The notes below the pieces were generated by a model that had not been told where the DNA came from, searched no databases, and saw only the letters and a list, made by a program, of their open reading frames with translations. From an uncultured Methanosarcinales archaeon (GTDB taxonomy: Archaea; Nanobdellota; Nanobdellia; Woesearchaeales; CAZYIM01), in the NCBI GenBank assembly GCA_964647565.1, contig CAZYIM010000002.1, positions 69,222 to 133,221 of the forward strand: DNA of 64,000 nt, given 5' to 3'. Below, in pieces: positions 37,621-47,600 of the stretch (position 1 is the first letter of the stretch; every line of letters begins with the position of its first letter). The position numbers and the translations under genes are program-made.

Positions 37621-38967
37621 ATGATAAAAAAACTTGGACTAACAGGATTGGCTTTGCTTGGGATTACAGGATTCCTTGCAAAAGATACAGTCCTTGCTAA
37701 ACTTAGTAAATATACTTATCCTTCTGCATTTGAAGTTTTGGCATCAAAAGAACGAATCCATAGTACTGGTGCAGACACATTAAAGGTCAGTGATGTTCCT
37801 GATTTCAAATATGATGCTGCAAAAACATTTCTTAAGATGGCGCATGTTCTTACAGCAAAGAAATTGCCTGAAACCCATGCCGAGACTTGTGTTGATTATT
37901 CTTCGCTTACATATGGCAACTATCTATCTCTCCTTGAAACAAATAATAGGAAAGATTTATGGAACTATGTTCGCGTTGCACATGGAACTACAGTTAGTAT
38001 TACGGGTTCTGGCAGGCATACTTGGCTTCAGCTTAGAGACTTAAACAGATGGCTGAACTTTGAATCTTCATTAGATCATGTTGGATCAAATGCAAACATC
38101 ACTGGAAATGCTATTGATCTTGAGCGGATTTCTCCTGATTATTTGCTTATTAACGCTCTAGGTACAAGGTTTAGGCCTGTTGAGTTCTGGAAAAAAGAAC
38201 GGCCTGCGGAGATAAATCTTGGAAAGTGGGACAAACAATCACTTGGTGAACTATTAAGTGAAGCTCAAAATATTGAAGATGTGGGCGAAAGAATCCATTT
38301 TTTATCTGGGCAATTCAAAGAGGCAAGATATAAAGGAGGAACTATGGTTGGCAGCAATTGGGAGTTGGAACCTGAAATATTGGTTGCAAACCTGCAGAGT
38401 TTGGACTGTTTCACGTTCGTAGATTATGTTCATGCAATGTCTAAATCTTTTGATTATGATAGTTTTATAGATAACCTCAAGGCAACACGATACGGAGATG
38501 GTGAGGTCAGCTTCTCTAAACGAAACCACTATTTTACCCAGTGGATAGAGCGAAACAATCTTGATGATATAACATCTGAACTTGAAGGTACGCAAGTCAC
38601 AACCAAAACTATAAACCGCTTGACATTTATTGATACACTCGGGCATAAAACACATGCTCACTACTTACCGAGTCTGGATCACAACGGATTTTCATACCTA
38701 GAAAGGGATGTCTGGTATGTACCTCAAAAAGAGATCAAGTCAAATGTGCTTAGTGACCTAAAACCAGGGGATTTTGTAGGCTTATATTCTTCTGCAGAAT
38801 CTATTGATGTAGAACATCTGGGCATAATTACAAAAAAACCAAATGGCAAGACCTATATTCGGCATGCATCATCTGCAGCAGGCAGGGTCATAGATAGCGA
38901 GCTTGTATCTTATGTTAACAGGGTAAAATTATTTGAAGGCATAGTGGTCGCTAGAGCAAAAGACTGA
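37621..38967 (+). CDS. secreted transglutaminase-like domain fused to DUF1460 N-acetylmuramoyl-L-alanine amidase-like domain
   Basis: Signal peptide; TCVDYS..HTW..W..FE; then LDCFTFVDYV, RNHYF, H.GI, IRHASS, GIVVAR. Confidence 0.8.
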   Translation: MIKKLGLTGLALLGITGFLAKDTVLAKLSKYTYPSAFEVLASKERIHSTGADTLKVSDVPDFKYDAAKTFLKMAHVLTAKKLPETHAETCVDYSSLTYGNYLSLLETNNRKDLWNYVRVAHGTTVSITGSGRHTWLQLRDLNRWLNFESSLDHVGSNANITGNAIDLERISPDYLLINALGTRFRPVEFWKKERPAEINLGKWDKQSLGELLSEAQNIEDVGERIHFLSGQFKEARYKGGTMVGSNWELEPEILVANLQSLDCFTFVDYVHAMSKSFDYDSFIDNLKATRYGDGEVSFSKRNHYFTQWIERNNLDDITSELEGTQVTTKTINRLTFIDTLGHKTHAHYLPSLDHNGFSYLERDVWYVPQKEIKSNVLSDLKPGDFVGLYSSAESIDVEHLGIITKKPNGKTYIRHASSAAGRVIDSELVSYVNRVKLFEGIVVARAKD

Positions 38968-39119
38968 TGCTTTTCCCTGATCTGTTTTCTAATAATTGGT
39001 AAAAAACTGTACTTTTTTTATTTTTCATAAACAAGCTAAATTCTGCTTTTTATCGAGTAGTATAGAAGTCCTGCAAATCGAAAAGTTTTTAAACTTTGTT
39101 TTTAAAAGATTGAGTTGGG

Positions 39120-39608
39120 ATGAGTGTGGATTTGAAAAGTGAGGTGATAAGTTTCAAGTTATCACTAATTTCAATTGTTTTTATAATGTTAATAACTGTA
39201 TTGTTTCTCAACGCACCTGGAATAAACAAGGGTCTTGCAGGAAGCGGAATTTCTTGTTCAGAAATCTGTGCTGAACGGTCTGGGAAAGATTTTTGTTTAC
39301 CTGAAAACGTAGGATGTGTCATTCCGCGAAGCAGTCATGTTAGTGCAGGAGACAGCTATTGTTCTGAAAAATTTAAATCTTCTGCTGTTTGCTGTTGTGT
39401 TGGCAAAGTTGACGCTTTACCTAGGCGAGATACAGATATTTCTGATGATCCAGATCCTGATGATCCAGATCCTGATGAAGCATTGTACTTCACAAAGCCT
39501 AGAGAAGATAACTCTTGTGCTGGTGGAACCCAAGCTGAAAGTTGTAATGCGGATCTTGATTCCTGCAGTTCTGGAAACAACATTCTTTTTAATGGAGGGT
39601 TTGAGTGA
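39120..39608 (+). CDS. membrane-anchored Cys-rich protein ending in the first strand of a CBM4/9-like domain
   Basis: N-terminal TM, many Cys, DDPDP repeat, C-terminus NNILFNGGFE. Confidence 0.7.
   Translation: MSVDLKSEVISFKLSLISIVFIMLITVLFLNAPGINKGLAGSGISCSEICAERSGKDFCLPENVGCVIPRSSHVSAGDSYCSEKFKSSAVCCCVGKVDALPRRDTDISDDPDPDDPDPDEALYFTKPREDNSCAGGTQAESCNADLDSCSSGNNILFNGGFE
39442..39478 (+). repeat. in-frame 15-nt tandem repeat (about 2.5 copies)
   Basis: CTGATGATCCAGATC x2 plus CTGATGA, encoding a DDPDP linker. Confidence 0.85.
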
Positions 39609-41614
39609 TGAAGTTAGCAATCCTGTTATTGACATTGTTGCTTGTTTATCCTGCTTTTGTGCTTGCTGCAACAGTAGGAGGCTCTTGTTCTTGTGAAGAA
39701 GTATCATCACATGATGAAGAATATGGAGGCATAGAAAGATCTTGTGAACTTGAATGCGACTGTAATCCTGGCTACAGATGGCCTAATACAGACTGTGAAT
39801 TGAGGCAGAATAAATGTGTTCCCACATCTAGTGGCGAAGGGCTAAATTGTATATGTGAGCCTTTTTGTGATTGGAGTGCTGCTGATGATTGTACTGCAAC
39901 AATGTGGGGGCGCTGCGGCGAAAAATGTGTCAGGGAAACTGAAGGCCTGTCTTGTAAGGAAGGTGCAGGAACTTGCCATTCTGGACAATGCATACCCCGA
40001 GGATGGAACACTCAAGGCAACCCCCAAGAAGTAAAATTAGTTAACTCGCCAGTATACAATGGAAAATCTGCCTTAAAACTGCAATTCGCCAATTCAAATA
40101 AATGGTCGGGAATGGTGTCTGATCTGGTTCCTTTAGAAAGCGATACCACATATATACTATCAGCACGTATGGCTATAAGCGAAAATTTCGTAGGCAAGTT
40201 TGAATTGCACAGGCAAGCCTTTCCAACTGCTGGCGACGTTGAAAAGAACGGTAAAAAGTCATGGCATCACTATACTATCATCGATGGAGACTATTATTTA
40301 ACTGAATCAGATAAAAAAAACATATGGATCAAGAAATGGGTAAAATTCAAGACAGATAGTTCTACCAGGCTAGGTAAAATATTCCTAATCTCAACAACTG
40401 ACTCTTTCACAGGAACAGTATATGTTGATGATGTTCGCCTTGAAAAAGTGGATGACAGTCCAGTCTTTTCTTTAAGACCTGACTGCAATCTTTGTGGCTG
40501 CCCTGGCGGAAGTTCCTGCTCTAGAACTGGAGAATGCGTTGCAAATGAAGTTGCAAGCCTATCTGATGACCTCGCCTTTAAAATTTTGGCTATTGATGCA
40601 AAATATAAGCCTTTTTGTGACGAAATATCCTCAGAATCCATGCGAGACCTGTGCGTAGATGATTTGGCAGTCTCAACCAAGGATTTTCTGGCGTGTGATG
40701 ACATAGCCAGCCCAGCCAAAAAAAGCTTTTGTAAGAACCGCATCTTCACGTTTCTTGAGAAAAGGTCTCCTGTCTGCGGCGACACAATTGTCGAAGGGGG
40801 TGAAGAATGCGAGTCTGATTCAGACTGCTCCCACATCTCAAGCGGTGTTTGCGGCGAATGCGTCTGCTACAAATCAGTAGAAATCAGTTTTTCTGGTCTT
40901 AAATCGACGAGGTCAGCAAAAATGGATGCAAACATATTTGCCAACATCGATGCTGGCGACCTTACAAATGGTATATATGTTGTAAAGCCTGTTGAAGTTG
41001 TATATGAAGAAGATTTATCCACCCTTAAATACCAGGGAAAACCCCTGCTAGGACCTTATGAGCTAGTGTCTGCAGTTGCAGACCCTTATTATCATACTTT
41101 TTCTTGTTTTGAGACGAAATGTGAGGGGCTGTGCAACCTTTTTGGCGCTACGAAGATCATGGATTTTTTAGCAAAAGGCTCTATGGCAATTGCAAAAGGT
41201 GTTCTTTGGTGGCTTCCTACACATTTTGATGATTGCTTTAAAAAAGGGGAACAATCAGAAGGTGCCTGTGATCTTGATGTAAAGGATAAAGACGGCAACC
41301 TAAAAGCTGGTTGGGAGTTTTTATCCAGGAAAAAGGATGTTAATTTCAAATGTAATGTTATGGGTACTTGGTTCAGAAGCTTAACTTCAGGCAAGGTTCC
41401 ACAATGCAAATATGCTGATCGGTTGTCTACTGAAATCAGGCAGAGCAGCTGCTATAGTATTATCAATGGTAATAATCTGGTTCTGTCTTTCCCAACTTAT
41501 TATGCTTTTCAGAATAGTCAGGGGCAGAATCTTGGCAGCTCAAAGACTTATTGGCCTAAAAAACCAGAAGAATATAAGTTTAGTTATACTGTTAGGGGTA
41601 TGGTGGTGCCATGA
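39605..41614 (+). CDS. secreted Cys-rich protein with CBM4/9-like galactose-binding module
   Basis: Signal peptide; PRGW...YNGKSAL...VYVDDVRL; CGDTIVEGGEEC cysteine-rich repeat. Confidence 0.75.
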   Translation: MMKLAILLLTLLLVYPAFVLAATVGGSCSCEEVSSHDEEYGGIERSCELECDCNPGYRWPNTDCELRQNKCVPTSSGEGLNCICEPFCDWSAADDCTATMWGRCGEKCVRETEGLSCKEGAGTCHSGQCIPRGWNTQGNPQEVKLVNSPVYNGKSALKLQFANSNKWSGMVSDLVPLESDTTYILSARMAISENFVGKFELHRQAFPTAGDVEKNGKKSWHHYTIIDGDYYLTESDKKNIWIKKWVKFKTDSSTRLGKIFLISTTDSFTGTVYVDDVRLEKVDDSPVFSLRPDCNLCGCPGGSSCSRTGECVANEVASLSDDLAFKILAIDAKYKPFCDEISSESMRDLCVDDLAVSTKDFLACDDIASPAKKSFCKNRIFTFLEKRSPVCGDTIVEGGEECESDSDCSHISSGVCGECVCYKSVEISFSGLKSTRSAKMDANIFANIDAGDLTNGIYVVKPVEVVYEEDLSTLKYQGKPLLGPYELVSAVADPYYHTFSCFETKCEGLCNLFGATKIMDFLAKGSMAIAKGVLWWLPTHFDDCFKKGEQSEGACDLDVKDKDGNLKAGWEFLSRKKDVNFKCNVMGTWFRSLTSGKVPQCKYADRLSTEIRQSSCYSIINGNNLVLSFPTYYAFQNSQGQNLGSSKTYWPKKPEEYKFSYTVRGMVVP

Positions 41615-44600
41615 TGAAATCGAGAATCGTGATTCTGGTCTTGATGTTGTTTTTGGTGTCTGCTGCTTTTACATCTGCTGACTTGATCTGTTCTGTTCCT
41701 GATTATGCTGGCGGGGCAGAATGGTCTGAAATGGCTTTGACTTTTATTGGAGAGGCAGCAACCAGCACTGCATCTGAATCTGTCAAAGTCGGCAGAATGC
41801 TTTTGAATGAAGTTCCTTTTCTCTATCTTTGTTCTCCTGGCATAGGCTTTTCATCATGCCCAAATGTGCTAGCCAACCATTATCCTGAGTTTGATGCATA
41901 CTGGGATAATTATCTGGAATTTGACCTAAAGCCACAAAGCAATCAATTCTATAGTTACAGTCATTTCTATCTTGCTGATTACGATGACATCATATCTGCC
42001 ATAGGATTTCCTTCCAGCTTTCCCTTGACTGCAAAGTTCTCTTTTGAAGCCAAGAATGATATTGATAGCTGTAGGGCTGATACAGAAATAACCTTTGTTG
42101 ACACTATTGAACCTTCGATAGATTATCTGTCTTCAATGTGCTCAAGTGCCAATTCAGCGAGTTTTGTCTTATTTGTCAGTGAGAATGTGGTTGGTGGTTC
42201 CGAAGGTGATCCTGTTTGGGGTGATCCTGTTTTTAGGGACATTACTGTGAACTTTGGTGATGGAACGACTAAGAAATACAACTCTGTCTCTGATCTTGAA
42301 TTTGATTCTCATGATTATGGTTCTGAAGGGGTTTATACTGCAACAGTCACCCTGACTGACCTTGGAGGCAATAGCGATAGTGAAACAACTATTGTTAAAT
42401 GTGGAGACCAGACAGTGAAAGCAGTGCTTACGGCACAAGACGAACAAGGTAACTTCTATTCAACTGATCCTGACTCCCAGTTTTATGCAGAAACAATTCG
42501 CTTAAACGCTGATGATGCTGCTGCTGATGAACTTGTATTCAGCATCGGTCAAAGCAAGCCTCATGCGCTGATCAGAGGATTTGAATTAGACTACGATTCA
42601 AGTAGTATTGATCTGGTGGATGTTGCTGATAAAACAGAGTATAATATTGATTTCTCGAGATATGCTAATCATGATTTTAAACGTAGATATACGTCAGGGG
42701 GTCATTATTATGCTGTATTGATGGTTGAGGATTCCTATTTAACTCCTGATTTTGCCTCTTTTGAGCTTATTGTTTCTGGTTCTGGTAGTGGTGGGGAAAT
42801 TGGCGGCGCTGGATCGGATAATGATTTCACCCCTCCAACCCATGAGCCTCAAGCAAAATCTTTTTGTGTAGTTGATGAAGATTGTGGTATAGGATCTGTA
42901 TGCTATAACGGCAAATGCGTATCCTTGGACCTAAACAAGCATGCTTGCAAAGAGTCAGACGGATATCGAAAATTTTGTGATGAAAGCGTATGTATTGACA
43001 ATCCAACATACAATCATCCTGATATTGCTGCTACCCTGATGGCCAGCCCTCCAAGATATGATACTTGCGGTTGTATGGGCGGTAGTAGTTTTACAGATGA
43101 TTCTTCGAAATGTGCGTCTTTTACTCATGTTAAAGAGTTCTCTTGTGGTGCAGGAAGCAATGTAGATTCTGAGGTGAAAGTTTGTTCTGCTGATAAGACT
43201 TGTATACAGACGGTGTTTGGTGGTGAGTGTAGGCCTAAATCTAGTGCTCAAGTCTTGATTTTACAGACCACTCATGACAGCCCTGATAAGATGTTTGAGA
43301 ACACAGCAGAACACCTTAGAAAAGATGCCCTGGCCAGGGGATATGCTCCTGAAAACATTTATGTCAGGACCATGTCTGTCAAACAAGACATTGTAAACAA
43401 AATAAATAGTTTTTCAAGTCCATTGTCTGAACTCATATTCATCACGCATGCTTGGATTAGTGATGATCCTGCGCCTGCTAATTCAATACTGGATACTTAT
43501 GGTGGTTCTTTGCTTGCAGGTAAAACAAATGGTAAGACAACGCCTGACAGTATCCTCAGGGCTATTCATGTTCCTGGGTTTGTGAAGAACTTGAAGCCAG
43601 GAATAATAAATGATAAGACCATAACCACATTCCAGGCTTGTCATTCTGGTGGTGGAAAAAGCTGGAGTGAACGCTTTGCATCTATTTCTGAATCTGAATT
43701 GAAAGACCGTACTCGTAATGCAGACAGGTCTATTGCCAGTATTTGGGCTAAATACACTGATAGCTATGCTCTTGGACCGCCTGGCGGAACCCTTTTTCTG
43801 CAGCTAGATGATGAAAAGAGATTAGTGGCTGTTGATGAGTATTATTGGCATTATATTGAGGGGGGTGGTGTGAATGGCAAGAGATACTCCCAGGAGGGAA
43901 TCTCTTATTTTGAGGCCCTCAAGAAATATGCTCTTGCACCTCGTGAATGGAATATATTTGGTCCTGATGGTAAATTGATTCCTATTGAGCAGGATAATGT
44001 AGTCACTATGTCTGTCAATGAACGTTTTGATATAGATATCCATGATTCCTATTTTACTGTGAAGTATGATGGTAGTGTGAGTCCTGATGGCAAGTTTGAT
44101 ATCTTGTTGACCTATGGTGAGACTGTAGGCTTGTGTAATCTTGGAGAGACTCCTGGGTTTGGTTGTTTATTAGATCCCTCCAATATATTTGACACCATTG
44201 TAAATTCTCCTGATATGAGTTCGTGTGGTGATTTTACTGATCATCTTGTCAGTGCAGTGGATGCTGATGGTCAGTTTGTTGATGTGATAGAGCATGCTGA
44301 ACTGATTGAGCGCGTTGAGAATGAGTTTTTTGTGACCATGCTTGAACAAGCAGGATACACTTCTTCAGATCTTACATTTGAAGATTATGGACATGGGCAA
44401 ATAACAGGCGCAGTTACTGGTTTAAGTTCACTTATCTTTTCCAAGAAAAAACTAAAATTGATCAGCACGGTTATGTATGGTGAAGTCGGTGCTAAATCAA
44501 CAGATGTCTTTTTTTCAATGCTTAATGTCGCAAAAGCCTATGCGTCTGGCCAGGATAAAAACCAAGCCATATACCTGCTCAAATCAGACATGAAGCTATT

Positions 44601-47600
44601 CTTGACTTGTGTCCAAAAACAATTGACTCATTTGGATAAGCTTGAATTTGAGAAAGAGAGTGAGTGGGAGTCGATTGGATTTAATTCTGATGTTCAATAC
44701 AAGCATGTTGATTATTCGAGAAGTGTCCGAGCAGAGGTTGTCAAGGCAGACCTTGCTGGCGCAGTTTTTGATATTGTAAGGTCTGATGAGTATGATGGGC
44801 GTTCTGCTGGCGAGTTGGTCCGATCTAATCTGGGAATGGTTGCTGCAATGAACGGCGTCAATTATGATACGAGCGGTAATCCCAGTGAGCTTGTGATCAG
44901 GAACTCGGAAATCGTCAAGGATTTTGCTGGTTCTAATGAAGTCCGAGATCCTGAAAATTCTGGTGTAATCGGCATATTGAATGATGGTTCTGTGGTGGGT
45001 TTTAGGGGTGATGAATATTTGGCTTTGCCTGATTCAGAGAAGAAAAAATTTAAGTTCGGGGTTCAGGGCAAGCTGCTGGTACATAAGAGTCTTGTAAACC
45101 CTGTCCTTGCTGCTAATGAGATGGATGTCAATTATATGACTCACAGGAGCACTGTGTGTGTGACTGCTGAGGGTGAATTGCAGCTTATCAACTTTCGAGC
45201 TTCTGACCTGACAGATAGCACTGCAACTGAAGCTCTGGGCTTTATAAGAAAGCTCGTAGGTGTCAGTCTTTTTGAGGCTGCCCAACTGTTGGTTTCTGAC
45301 GAATATGGTTGTGAATATGCAATCTCCTTAGATGGAGGTACTAAGTCTAGTTTTGGTGCTAGGAATAAAGTTACTATATCTGGCGTTTCTTCACCAACAT
45401 ATCTTGTCATGTATGAGGATATGGACGCTATTGCTCCTGTATACCCTAGTGCTGAAGAGTTCAAAACAGCTCTTAAAGATGCAGATGATAAGATGACAAC
45501 GCTTACAACTGTAATAGGTAATCAGGATGCGAATAGTAATCTAAAAGATGTTCTTGACTCAACCAATAACCTTGGTGATGTTAACATACAGGTTTTAAGA
45601 TTGCAGAACGGCCTGGATAAGTTTTTTAATGATCCTGAGTATTCTGATTATCTGAAAAGATCTGATGTTTATTTTAACAAGGATTTGAAAAAATATAACT
45701 CATATGATTTCTATTTCATGCATCTTTTGTCTTCGGCACAAAGATTGATGGTCTGGATGCACTCTGATCAGGGCGAGGATGCATTTAAGGACCAGTATGC
45801 TTCTGATTATGAATCAGTCATAGAGGACACTGTTTTACAATTAAGAACGTTTATCAACGTGCTTTATAATCTACTTTCTCTTACAGCAGAGAACTGTAAT
45901 GCTCTTAAGGAATGTCAGGATTCTGTTTTCAATCATGGTAGCAACGATATGAATATTATTTCAATCTCTAGTCCTCTTCTCGAAAATTTTGATAGTTTCG
46001 ATGGAACTATTCTAAGATATTTTGAAACATCTTCGAAAAATCCTCCTTTTAATTCTGCCTTAGTGGAGTCCCCCATTCAAATGAAGACCTATATCCTTGA
46101 CCCCCTTAAAACTGCTGATGATCCAACAAAACTAAAGCTATTTAGAGTTTTGAATTTGCTCTTTGAATCTGCATCGGTTGGCAAGTATTACGGACCCTGG
46201 AGTGTAACTTATGAAAGAGCAGGACGAAGCTTAACAGAAGCAATATTAATAGGTCTGAAAAGTGAAAATGATGATGTAAAATTGTCTGCTTTGAACTTGT
46301 TTTCCACGCTGGTATCTGATAATCCACCTTTTAAGGTCTTATTACTTAAAGGTACAAGTTCATGGGATATCTCGAGGCAATATTATGACATCCTTTTTGA
46401 ATTAGCCAAAGGTGATGACCTGCGATATGTGGACCCTGCTCTGGATTGCCTGGAACATATGCTGGCAGGAGTGCCCTCCTCTGAAAGCCAGGATTTCTCA
46501 CCAGGATTTCAGCAGGAAGTACAATACCCTAACCTAGATAAAGCATACGCTGAATTGATTAACTATCTGGAGGATCCTGATGCTAATGCTGCTGTTGTTG
46601 AAAAAATAGCAGGATTATTTGATACATTGTTCAAGCATTTTAAAACATTTAATGGTTTCAAATATGACTACATGATGGATTCTCAAGAGGAAATATATAT
46701 CAATCGTCAAGAAATGCATAGAAAAGTCATATCAGTCCTGACAGACAGATTGACATATGAAGAGAGTGATTTCACCAGAAATAAGCTTGCTATGGCTTTA
46801 CTCTCTGCAGGAGAGGTTGACAGTATTTTTGGGGAAAGCATAAATGACCTGATGAAAACCAAGATAACTGAGTTATTAAGTGCAACTTCAGATGAGAACA
46901 TAGATTATTATACAAATTTTCTTGCCCCGATGTTATCTAATATCCCTCAGAAATCGATGACTGAGATTGCAGGCCCGTTATTTGAAGGTATTGACTTCGA
47001 ATTATCTATAGAAACTACCCATCCTGGAACCCATCGAATCTTCAAGATCCTCAAAAAGCTAGCTGAAAAGATGAGCCCCAAAACAAAAGTCAGGTCCAAA
47101 CAATTTTATGATGATATAATTGTTCAATTATTCGACATAATCAAATCTGAATCAGTACCTATTGAACAGAAAAGGCTGGCTTTTGAGGCTGTCTATGATG
47201 CATATATGAGTGCAGAAGGTGAATCTGAGGGTGGATGGAGTGTGAAAATAGTAAAACTTTTGCCTTTCAAGAAACAAATCCAGGAATTCAGTCAAGATGA
47301 AGTTGTTTCACATAGAGCTCTCCACCTTCTTGAAATAATAGATTCATATGAACAGGAATTAAAAAGTGATGACTTCAATGCAGCTTATATTACCAGGCAG
47401 GACATTGCTGAAGCAATGGCCATAGTCTTTTCAGAAGGCCTATTTTTTAGAGGTGAGCATAACTCTGATGTTGAACCCACAGAATCCCAAAAACAAATAG
47501 CCATGTTGATGGCGAACTGGGCAAGGAATCGGGCTTTATCTCGTGTCTGGCCAAACTCGCTTCACGAAGTTGGTGATAAAAGGCATATTTTTGGATATTA

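Noticed and set aside
42205..42232. GGTGATCCTGTTT direct repeat
   Set aside because: Short in-frame duplication (GDPVW/GDPVF) with no evident significance
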